Shown piece after piece: positions 17,300 to 24,883 of a DNA stretch of 30,475 nt. The notes under the pieces are model-generated. The model worked only from the letters and a program-made list of their open reading frames with translations, was not told where the DNA came from and made no database searches. The translations under genes were made by a program, and so were the position numbers. How positions within the stretch are numbered: the stretch's first letter is position 1; every line of letters starts with the position of its first letter. The stretch is from a virus (taxonomy: Duplodnaviria; Caudoviricetes). Location: the IMG/VR virus record IMGVR_UViG_3300036766_000624, positions 1 through 30,475 of that record. One strand, 5' to 3'.

Positions 17300-18055
17300 A
17301 TGATAAAACTCAAAAAACTTCTAACTGAAATCGACCCAGATGATAATTCCGACCAGTGGGATTACTGGTATGATTACATATATGAAATCGAATATGGTAT
17401 TGAGAAGGATGAACTCAATAAACTATACAGAAAATATAACTTGTCTGCGGAGAAATATTTTGACGGGAAAATCGTAAAACTGTGGGATAAGAAAAAAGTT
17501 GCATATTTAGAATATGACTTCAAATCTGAAACCGCCGATCTAATCAAAGATATTAATCAATGGATATATAATCTAAGTGATATGGATACAGTAGCATTGG
17601 GTATTGATGAAACAAAGGTTTATAATCCGTGGATAGAATCAAATCTCAAAGATGCAAGAGAAAATCCAGGAAAGGTTTATCATTACACCACCGAAGAAAA
17701 GTGGGAGGAAATTCAACAAGATGGGCAGATAATTGGAAGTAGTGGAACAGGATTGTCAAACCGATGGGAACATGGAATATTTACGAGCACCGATCCAGAA
17801 GAACACGCTTTAGGAACATATGGAGATATCTGTTTGGAAATCGATCTCGACAAGTTCAAAACAGAAAGTGGATTGAAAGAACTCGATTTACAATTTGAAC
17901 CAGATGTGATGGAATATCTGATTAGGGAATATATCAGATCTGTATTAGAACTCGGGGAGAGTAGAGATGAAATAGACAGTAGCGGCGGAATGTCCCCATA
18001 TACAATAATAGTCGGTCACACCATCCCTCTTAAGTACATTAGGCGTATTGATTAG
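17300..18055 (+). CDS. MIKLK-leader acidic protein with C-terminal ART-like domain
   Basis: KVYHYTT...IQQDG...GIFTST...YGDICLEID...IVGHTIPLKYI. Confidence 0.7.
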   Translation: MIKLKKLLTEIDPDDNSDQWDYWYDYIYEIEYGIEKDELNKLYRKYNLSAEKYFDGKIVKLWDKKKVAYLEYDFKSETADLIKDINQWIYNLSDMDTVALGIDETKVYNPWIESNLKDARENPGKVYHYTTEEKWEEIQQDGQIIGSSGTGLSNRWEHGIFTSTDPEEHALGTYGDICLEIDLDKFKTESGLKELDLQFEPDVMEYLIREYIRSVLELGESRDEIDSSGGMSPYTIIVGHTIPLKYIRRID

Positions 18056-18074
18056 TTAGTTTTCACAAAATAGT

Positions 18075-18398
18075 ATGAACTTTTATCTTATAGAACCTTA
18101 TAATCCTTACTGCAAAACTCCGAGGAAAAAACATCCTATGGAAATTGCAGAAGAAGAAGCATTGTACTATAAAATGATGCAGGAGTCGTTGAAGCAACAA
18201 CAGACTCAAATGGATTCTATAAAACATCTTTTGTCTCAGCAAATTACACAGCAAATTTCGATTGATGAGGGTGTGGGAGCAATTACAGTAATACAAGCTC
18301 CTGGTGAAATTCTTTTTCAAGTGATAGAAATTTCACGAATAACAGAGAACAACGTAATAAGAATAACCGAAGATGGAATATGTAGAATACTAGAATAG
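18075..18398 (+). CDS. Hypothetical protein, probably virion-associated
   Basis: 107 aa with a C-terminal RITENN..RITEDG..RILE repeat. Confidence 0.55.
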   Translation: MNFYLIEPYNPYCKTPRKKHPMEIAEEEALYYKMMQESLKQQQTQMDSIKHLLSQQITQQISIDEGVGAITVIQAPGEILFQVIEISRITENNVIRITEDGICRILE

Positions 18399-18428
18399 AA
18401 CAGAATATTTTGGTTATAAAAGGGATAT

Positions 18429-18803
18429 ATGTCGTTAAAAATTTCTCAGTTACCGTATTGTACTCTTTTGGGAAATTCAGATTTGATCGAAATTTCCCAA
18501 TACATGGGAAATAACTCTTACACAAGCTCTAAGGCTACATTAGAGGAAATATCGGAATTTGTTAATGCTTATACCGGAACACAATACGGAGAAATTTCTG
18601 GATCTTTGTTTTCTGGAACTCCTCTAATCTACCAAGTAACTTTATCTTTTCCATATCAGAATTTGACATACATAATAACTATAACAGGGGAAGATTTGAG
18701 AATTTGGAGTATAGCCAACAAAACAACATCCAGTTTTGTCGTATCATCAAATAGTAACATTCCATTCACCGGATATGTTTATTGGAGAACAGATAAATTA
18801 TAG
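18429..18803 (+). CDS. Small fibre-associated protein with C-terminal beta-sandwich domain
   Basis: KISQLP...DLIEI N-terminus; C-terminal domain paralogous to that of 18860-19519. Confidence 0.55.
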   Translation: MSLKISQLPYCTLLGNSDLIEISQYMGNNSYTSSKATLEEISEFVNAYTGTQYGEISGSLFSGTPLIYQVTLSFPYQNLTYIITITGEDLRIWSIANKTTSSFVVSSNSNIPFTGYVYWRTDKL

Positions 18804-18859
18804 ATTTTGAGAATATCAAATAATATTTATATAATTGAGACCAACTAATAAGGAATAAT

Positions 18860-19519
18860 ATGGATCATATTTTATTTGTAAACTCTGCAAGCTTCGTTGA
18901 TGTAAGTATTACATCATCTTTGCTTGTTGCTTTGGGGTCAAACATAGATTTTTCACAAGCTACCCAAGTAAGCGGAGCATTTGTAGGAACATTAGAGGGA
19001 AATGCGACAACTGCTACCACCGCTTCATATGCTCTAAATATTTCACCACAAGATACTGCATCTTTTGCTCTTACAGCGTCTATCGCATTTAACGCAATAT
19101 CTTCTTCTTATGCAGATACATCTATATCTGCTTCATATGCTTCTCAGGCAGACAGTGCTTTAACTGCTATATCTGCATCTCACGCAGATATTTCAGATAC
19201 AGCGATTTCAGCAAGTTTTGCATCAATCGCCACCACGGCTATAACAGCAATTACTGCATCCTATTTCAATCTTGCTCCAAGAATCAAATCTGGAAAAATT
19301 TCTGGTTCTTTATTTGGAGGCGTGCCGTTAACCGCCAGTGTAGCATTTGCTACTTCCTATCCTAATGAGAATTATGCTGTCAGTGTTATTGGAGGAGATG
19401 CAAGATCGTGGACACTTGAACAAGTCAGTTCATCTGGATTTATTGTATCGTCAAATTCGATAGTTACATTGACAGATTACGTATATTGGACATCAATGGA
19501 AATTGGCGAAAGCGTATAA
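18860..19519 (+). CDS. Fibre-like protein with ASYA/AISAS repeats and C-terminal beta-sandwich domain
   Basis: Repeated TASYA/AISAS units; AAGGA SD; TATTTATA motif upstream at 18824-18831. Confidence 0.65.
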   Translation: MDHILFVNSASFVDVSITSSLLVALGSNIDFSQATQVSGAFVGTLEGNATTATTASYALNISPQDTASFALTASIAFNAISSSYADTSISASYASQADSALTAISASHADISDTAISASFASIATTAITAITASYFNLAPRIKSGKISGSLFGGVPLTASVAFATSYPNENYAVSVIGGDARSWTLEQVSSSGFIVSSNSIVTLTDYVYWTSMEIGESV

Positions 19520-19534
19520 TAACACAAATTAGTT

Positions 19535-20296
19535 ATGTCTTGGGAAAACATTCAGCAACTTGATAGTGCTTCAATACAGTCACTTACATCCAAAACACTT
19601 ACTATAGGAAATGTCACTTCATCCATTTTTAATGGTATTGTTGTTGCTGGTATAATATCTTCTGGAGAACCGACTGCAAGTTATGATGGAGAAGTAAGAA
19701 TCTATCAACAAGGAATAAATTTATATGTATCCTTGAAAAGCGATAGTATTATTGGAAAAGCCGGATTGTATCGCTCTCCTGGGGGGTTTTTTAATTACTA
19801 TGATCTTAATACCGGAGATACAAATCTTGATACCGTCTTTGGCGGATCTTCTATCATACTTCGCATTGCAGGAAATAAGAAACTAAAAATTGATAACAAT
19901 GGAAATACACAAGTTACCGGATCTCTTTTTGTCAGTAATGGAATTACAGCATCAATAAACGGAACGTCAAGTTATTCATTATCCTCACGAAATGGTGCCT
20001 CGGCATGGGCATTTATAAGCCAATCTGGAACAATACCTATTACAAGCTCATATGGATGTCGCATTTCAAGAATTTCAGTAGGAACATATGGAGTAATATT
20101 CACAACTCCCAGACAAAATTCTACATACGTTGTAAACTTTAATGGATTTAGTGGGAGTGCAAATCGTCCAACTGCAAGCATAGGATATGCAGTCAATCAA
20201 ACTATCAATGGTTTCACCATGTCAATATCCCAAGTCGTAACGCCGCTAATAAAATCAGATTGTTCAAGCGGACATATTCTTGTTCATTCATTATAA
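19535..20296 (+). CDS. Tail-fibre-like protein
   Basis: Ser/Gly-rich; VTGSLFVSNGITAS; C-terminal AWAF...ISRISVGTYGVIFTTP...YVV module. Confidence 0.55.
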   Translation: MSWENIQQLDSASIQSLTSKTLTIGNVTSSIFNGIVVAGIISSGEPTASYDGEVRIYQQGINLYVSLKSDSIIGKAGLYRSPGGFFNYYDLNTGDTNLDTVFGGSSIILRIAGNKKLKIDNNGNTQVTGSLFVSNGITASINGTSSYSLSSRNGASAWAFISQSGTIPITSSYGCRISRISVGTYGVIFTTPRQNSTYVVNFNGFSGSANRPTASIGYAVNQTINGFTMSISQVVTPLIKSDCSSGHILVHSL

Positions 20297-20740
20297 TCTT
20301 GGAGTAAAGTTTACAGGATCGAGACATGGAGTAGGTTTGCCTTGAACTTCTTTAGGATATCCTTTGTCATCGAATACTCTTTGGCTAGGATTTTTTCGGA
20401 TATATTCTTGAAGTTTAGAATGTTGTAAAGCTTCCTCAAAAGATTGTCTCCAGGTTTTTTGAATAGGATTCCCCGCCTTGGTTAGTTGAATATCTCGGTG
20501 AATTTCATTAGCAAGTGATTTCCAGGTTGTAAATGCTTTCTTACGCCATTTTGCTTTATCTTCCCCATGATTATCGTGAAAATGAACTTCAAATTGTAGT
20601 TTACTATTATCTTCAAATATCGCCGTAATATGTTCGTCTCCTTCGTGAAGGCGGTATTCTTTATGTAAATAGTGATAATTCTCATTGAGAGTTTCTCGGA
20701 CAACTTCACTAATCATTTTTTTCAAGGCTTCTTTATTCAT
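20291..20740 (-). CDS. Hypothetical protein, paralogue of 22660-23196
   Basis: 149 aa; N-terminus MNKEALKKMISEVVRETLNE; shared W-x-x-KA-x3-W...IH...GxP module. Confidence 0.7.
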   Translation of the reverse strand: MNKEALKKMISEVVRETLNENYHYLHKEYRLHEGDEHITAIFEDNSKLQFEVHFHDNHGEDKAKWRKKAFTTWKSLANEIHRDIQLTKAGNPIQKTWRQSFEEALQHSKLQEYIRKNPSQRVFDDKGYPKEVQGKPTPCLDPVNFTPRL

Positions 20741-22658
20741 TATACATCACCACAAATTGAGGGTTTTCTTTTACAAACTTTTCCATTCGCTCGTAAAGAT
20801 GACTCTTTTGTTTTTGCAATCCTTCCTGCAATCCACTTCGGCTATCTGTATAAGAATCTTCTGGCTCAGGAGCATCCGTGGTTGTAGGAGTTTCAGGAGT
20901 CACTCTGGGAGCGGGTTCTACAGTTCTGGACAATGGGGGTTTATCCTCTGGCTCTGGAGCGTCAATATTCGTTTTTAGATATTCTCCAAGAGAGCACAGA
21001 TGCTTACACAAACCTATACCATAATCACCTACCCCTCCCTCAGAACGGGGTCTAGGAGGTCGTCCAGTATTTTCATTGCCATATCTCCACTCTGGATGCC
21101 TTCCGATGCGCCCGGCACCCGCCTGGGCATTATTATAGGCATATCTATAACGATAGTCGGGGCAGTCGCAATCCACCATACAATCTAAATCTTCGGTAGA
21201 TTCTTTCTCGGAAACATCTTCTTTGAAAAATTGAATATATCCATGCCAAGGATTTCCTGTAGTCGACGGATAAGATTTGTATCTAAAAGTCCATGCTTCA
21301 TTCCCGTCCATAGTAGTTACTCTCATTGGGCGAGTACGTACATCACGTTTCCCACGCTCAATTCTTCCAGGTTCGCTTCCAGCAAGAAGTTGTTTGAATG
21401 AGTATCTTTCAGTCAATACTTCTCTCATTACTTTCTTAAAGGAAAGAGCTTCACTAATAGGTGCTTTTGGCGGGACACGTTTTACAGCTTTCACCCGCTC
21501 ATAAATGAAGTGTTTTATTTCTTTGAAAATTTCGTCAATGCTTCTCTCGGAATTTACATGTCTATAATTCTTGGCTTTCTTCAAAACTTCATCATAAACT
21601 TTGTCCATATTGGTTTCGTATATAAGAGCACATTCTTCCATATTTTTGTGGTATCCAATGTCCATACCACTAGAATACCATCCAAACCCTTTATCATTCA
21701 TTAATCGTTCCATTGCCAATCGTGGCGAAACTTTAAAATGGATTACTAAATCTGGTTCTACAAAACTCTCATAAATACTATCCAATAATTTCTTATTTAC
21801 TCCTCGCAGTTGATCCCGTGCATAACTGGTATAGTAATAACGATCACAAAGTACAATCGCCCCCCGTTCGAGAGCGGGTTTAATTTCATTCTCATATCTC
21901 CATACCATATCGCTGGCATTAAGTAACGAATATAAAGTTGGGGTCAACCATTTTTGTTCTTTCCCTGTTTTGATAATTTCAGAGATTCGAGGAGAAGTTC
22001 CCCACTTGCTACTCACCACTTTCCATTCCCGATTTTCCAGCCACTTTTGTAGAGCTTTTCTCTGGGTGGTTTTTCCAGAACCGTCTATTCCCTCAAATAC
22101 AATGAGATACCCATTAACAGTTCGTTTTCTTTTTCCTTCGGTCAATAATTGTTGTGGAATTGGCAGGTCTAACTCCTTCGCCATATCTATAGCTTCTTTT
22201 AGTTCTTTTTTGGCGTCGTAAATTTTTTCAGCCGCCACATCAATAGCTTCTCTTTTAGGATGGCTCAAATCATTCATTTCGGGAAGTTTATCGAGGGAAA
22301 ACCACTTGGCTTTTTCGGCATCTTCATTTGGTTTAACAGCACTTTTCACTGGAACTTCGGTATAAAAAACATGGGATACTTTTAACTTGTGAGGTTTATC
22401 ATGATAGATTGTTTTAAGAAAATGAAGTTCGGATGGAATAAGTTTAGTTTCTTCTTTTAGTTCTCTTCGGGCAGCTTCTTCCGGAGTTTCTTCATCATCG
22501 AGTTGGCCTCCAGGCATACTCCATTTTCCATCTTCATCTTGAACGAGAAGAACTTCCAAATGAGGATGGTAACGAAAAACAGCAACCCATGATCGTTCCT
22601 TTATTTCATCTTCTGGAATAATTGAATGTTCTAATAGTATGCTTTGTAATGAAATCAT
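20733..22658 (-). CDS. tmk: Fusion: NUDIX hydrolase + thymidylate kinase + SWIM-type zinc-finger domain
   Basis: Nudix box GGQLDDEETPEEAARRELKEET; dTMP-kinase P-loop FEGIDGSGKTTQ and LCDRY; CDCPDY...LCKH; leader MISLQSILLE. Confidence 0.85.
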   Translation of the reverse strand: MISLQSILLEHSIIPEDEIKERSWVAVFRYHPHLEVLLVQDEDGKWSMPGGQLDDEETPEEAARRELKEETKLIPSELHFLKTIYHDKPHKLKVSHVFYTEVPVKSAVKPNEDAEKAKWFSLDKLPEMNDLSHPKREAIDVAAEKIYDAKKELKEAIDMAKELDLPIPQQLLTEGKRKRTVNGYLIVFEGIDGSGKTTQRKALQKWLENREWKVVSSKWGTSPRISEIIKTGKEQKWLTPTLYSLLNASDMVWRYENEIKPALERGAIVLCDRYYYTSYARDQLRGVNKKLLDSIYESFVEPDLVIHFKVSPRLAMERLMNDKGFGWYSSGMDIGYHKNMEECALIYETNMDKVYDEVLKKAKNYRHVNSERSIDEIFKEIKHFIYERVKAVKRVPPKAPISEALSFKKVMREVLTERYSFKQLLAGSEPGRIERGKRDVRTRPMRVTTMDGNEAWTFRYKSYPSTTGNPWHGYIQFFKEDVSEKESTEDLDCMVDCDCPDYRYRYAYNNAQAGAGRIGRHPEWRYGNENTGRPPRPRSEGGVGDYGIGLCKHLCSLGEYLKTNIDAPEPEDKPPLSRTVEPAPRVTPETPTTTDAPEPEDSYTDSRSGLQEGLQKQKSHLYERMEKFVKENPQFVVMYNE

Positions 22659-22659
22659 A

Positions 22660-23196
22660 TTAAGATTCTGGCAAGTTTTTGGGCTTAATTGATGTATCAG
22701 GATTTTTATCCTCTTTCATCGCTCTCCATGTAGTATGATCAGCGCCCCACTCTTTAATATATTTTTTCATGTCTCTTGATTTGAGAACCTCAATGAAACA
22801 ATCCTTCCATTCTTTATACCAGGGACTTCCATCTGGGAAATACTCTCTTGGTTTGGAATGAATTTTGCGAGTAATTGATAACCACTTTTTAGCAGCTTTT
22901 TCTCCCCATTCATTCGCCAATTTTTGTATTGGCTCGGGGCAATCAGAACTGGATGTTATTCCTTTCGGAAACTTAACAGTGAACCAAATCCTGCCTATTT
23001 CTTCCCCACTTGGATGAAGATACACAGCACAAGCAGTGGTGCCATTTTCCCAATCGTTTCCGCCCCGATAAATAGTCCAACCCTTGCCCTCGGCATAACT
23101 GTCGAAATTCTCGGGGCGACTAAATCCCTGTTTATTATCAGAGACGGTAAATCCATCGAGATATATCTCCATCATTAACTGGCGCAGTTTTGACAT
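22660..23196 (-). CDS. Hypothetical protein with leader-like N-terminus (MSKLRQLMME)
   Basis: 178 aa; TATTTATA motif upstream (23212-23219, - strand). Confidence 0.7.
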   Translation of the reverse strand: MSKLRQLMMEIYLDGFTVSDNKQGFSRPENFDSYAEGKGWTIYRGGNDWENGTTACAVYLHPSGEEIGRIWFTVKFPKGITSSSDCPEPIQKLANEWGEKAAKKWLSITRKIHSKPREYFPDGSPWYKEWKDCFIEVLKSRDMKKYIKEWGADHTTWRAMKEDKNPDTSIKPKNLPES

Positions 23197-23250
23197 AGTA
23201 GTGAATCAATCTATAAATATAGTTCACTTGTCGCTCCAATGAGTAAAGTT

Positions 23251-23902
23251 TTAGAACCACTTTCCATTTCTATAATCTTCGTATCTCCACATCCGCCCAT
23301 CAACATGGTCTTTAACTATATTATGTTGAACTTGAATAGTTCTTCTTTTATCTCCCCGCATTCCAGATCCTATTTGGGAATTCCTGGTTTGACATTGAAG
23401 TTGTAAAGATTTATCTTGCATATTTTTCCAGAGTCGTGCCCTCAGAGTTTTTATAGCAATATCTTTATTTTGATTTTGAGAACGTTCCGTTTCGCTTCTA
23501 ACGGTTATTTTGGTGGGGATATGCGTAACCACAACGGCGGTTTCGGTTTTGTTACGATTTTGCCCGCCTTTTCCAGAACCACGACAAGTGGATATGTTAA
23601 GATCTCTTGAGTTGATGACTAATTCATTAACAGAAGGTTCTGGTAAAATAGCGACTGTAACAGTACTAGTGTGTATTCTGTCTCCACTAATATGTTGCCA
23701 TCTATGACCTCCCGCTTCTTTACCGAAAATAGAAGAAGAGTTAGATCCATTTATTCGAAGAATTACAAATCCTGGCCTTAACTCAACAATATCGAACTCA
23801 AAGAGAGCCTCGCTTTGCTAATTTAGAGTAAATATCTGTTTGAACCAAGCATAGATCCTTGGCATCAGCGCCGCCTTCTCCTGCTCTTATTTCTATAATC
23901 AT
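23251..23902 (-). CDS. Class I peptide chain release factor homologue lacking domain 1, expressed via a +1 frameshift at CTT TGA (23803-23798)
   Basis: Frame 1: MIIEIRAGEGGADAKDL...KRGSL*. The +1 frame continues EFDIVELRPG...EAGGHRWQHISGDRIHTSTVTVAILPE...GSGKGGQNRNKTETAV..THIPT...ERSQ.QNK...GSGMRGDKRRT to TAA 23253-23251; 216 aa in total. Confidence 0.9.
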
Positions 23903-23909
23903 ACTGTTA

Positions 23910-23938
23910 AATATAACACGGTTTAATAAAAATGTCAA
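23910..23938 (-). promoter_or_regulatory. Sigma70-type promoter for the release factor gene
   Basis: TTGACA (23938-23933)-N17-TATATT (23915-23910) with TGn extended -10; ATG 7 nt downstream. Confidence 0.75.
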
Positions 23939-23955
23939 GGACAAAATTGAGTAGT

Positions 23956-24789
23956 CTATAAACGAGTAAAATTTTTGCGCCAAACCGCCCATTCTTCCTC
24001 GGCAATAGCAGATACTCTCTGAACTATAGCCGTCTTATCACATTCATATAGCCCCGCACTTGAGAAGGAGTTTAATTCAAGCAACCAATATTTTCCATCA
24101 TTATCTTCACAAACATCCATAACAAACACCGAATCGGGATAATATGGAACTTCGAGCATTTCCTTAACCAAATCTGTTGCTCCTTGGGGTGCAGAGGGAA
24201 TACGGGTAATTTGACCCTGGTATTTATAAGTAGAATAGGCGATAATTTCTTTCTTGGATGTAACCACAAACCTCCATACCCCTCCGATATTCTTTGGGGT
24301 AGATACAATAATAAGTTGATGTATTCTGCCTATCTCGGATTCTACGAACCTGTCAAAATCAAGTAAATCCGTGAGACGGGCTTGAAATGGCTTCTGCCCA
24401 CTATCTGGGCGAAGAAAAATCATGGCTTCTTTTCCGTAAAGACCGTAGAAAAAAAATTTTTGTCGTTGAAGTTCAGCTAAAGAAAGTATAGAATATCGGT
24501 CATTGAAAAGATATTTCCCAAAATAACTCATGTACTTAGTGCAAAGATAATTCTCCTGATGACAATAGGCAACAGGAAAACAATTACGTAATTTTCGAAG
24601 TGCCGTGTTTGTCATCTCAATAGAACCAAAGAAAAGAACTGGGGCATCCTCATTATATCCATCTAAATCTGAATACTTAAAATCTTTTTTGATTTCTTTA
24701 AGATCACCGCCTTCTTTTTTGATGGCTTTGACGAGATCCGTATAACTGGACTCGTGAGTAAAATTTTCGACAACCCAACGTGTTTTCAT
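23956..24789 (-). CDS. ATP-grasp domain protein (R2K/DUF4343-like)
   Basis: IFLRPDSGQKPF, WRFVV and FVMDVC...LLELNSFSSAGLY motifs. Confidence 0.75.
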   Translation of the reverse strand: MKTRWVVENFTHESSYTDLVKAIKKEGGDLKEIKKDFKYSDLDGYNEDAPVLFFGSIEMTNTALRKLRNCFPVAYCHQENYLCTKYMSYFGKYLFNDRYSILSLAELQRQKFFFYGLYGKEAMIFLRPDSGQKPFQARLTDLLDFDRFVESEIGRIHQLIIVSTPKNIGGVWRFVVTSKKEIIAYSTYKYQGQITRIPSAPQGATDLVKEMLEVPYYPDSVFVMDVCEDNDGKYWLLELNSFSSAGLYECDKTAIVQRVSAIAEEEWAVWRKNFTRL

Positions 24790-24797
24790 AACTTATA

Positions 24798-24826
24798 ATA
24801 CTATCACAAACCAGATGGCGAGTCAA
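24798..24826 (-). promoter_or_regulatory. Sigma70-type promoter for the ATP-grasp gene
   Basis: TTGACT (24826-24821)-N17-TAGTAT (24803-24798); ATG 8 nt downstream. Confidence 0.65.
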
Positions 24827-24830
24827 GTAC

Positions 24831-24863
24831 AAAAGAAGAACCCCGCCGGAGCGGGGTTCTTTT
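24831..24863 (-). terminator. Intrinsic terminator downstream of the major capsid gene
   Basis: 11-bp stem AAGAACCCCGC / GCGGGGTTCTT with a 4-nt loop, followed by CTTTT on the - strand, about 20 nt after the capsid stop. Confidence 0.9.
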
Positions 24864-24883
24864 GAATTCGATTTCTAGGTAGA

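Noticed and set aside
6813-17320. Repeated ATGATAAAACT elements as a CRISPR array or integron attC sites
   Set aside because: They are in-frame coding starts with synonymous variation, irregular gene-sized spacing and no palindromic structure; no integrase or cas gene in the window.
20291-20296. Convergent genes overlapping at TTATAA
   Set aside because: Ordinary compact tail-to-tail overlap.
23798-23992. Track ORF 23798-23992 with its annotated start, and 23251-23532 as a separate gene
   Set aside because: Promoter position and RF homology place the start at 23902; both ORFs are pieces of one frameshifted gene.
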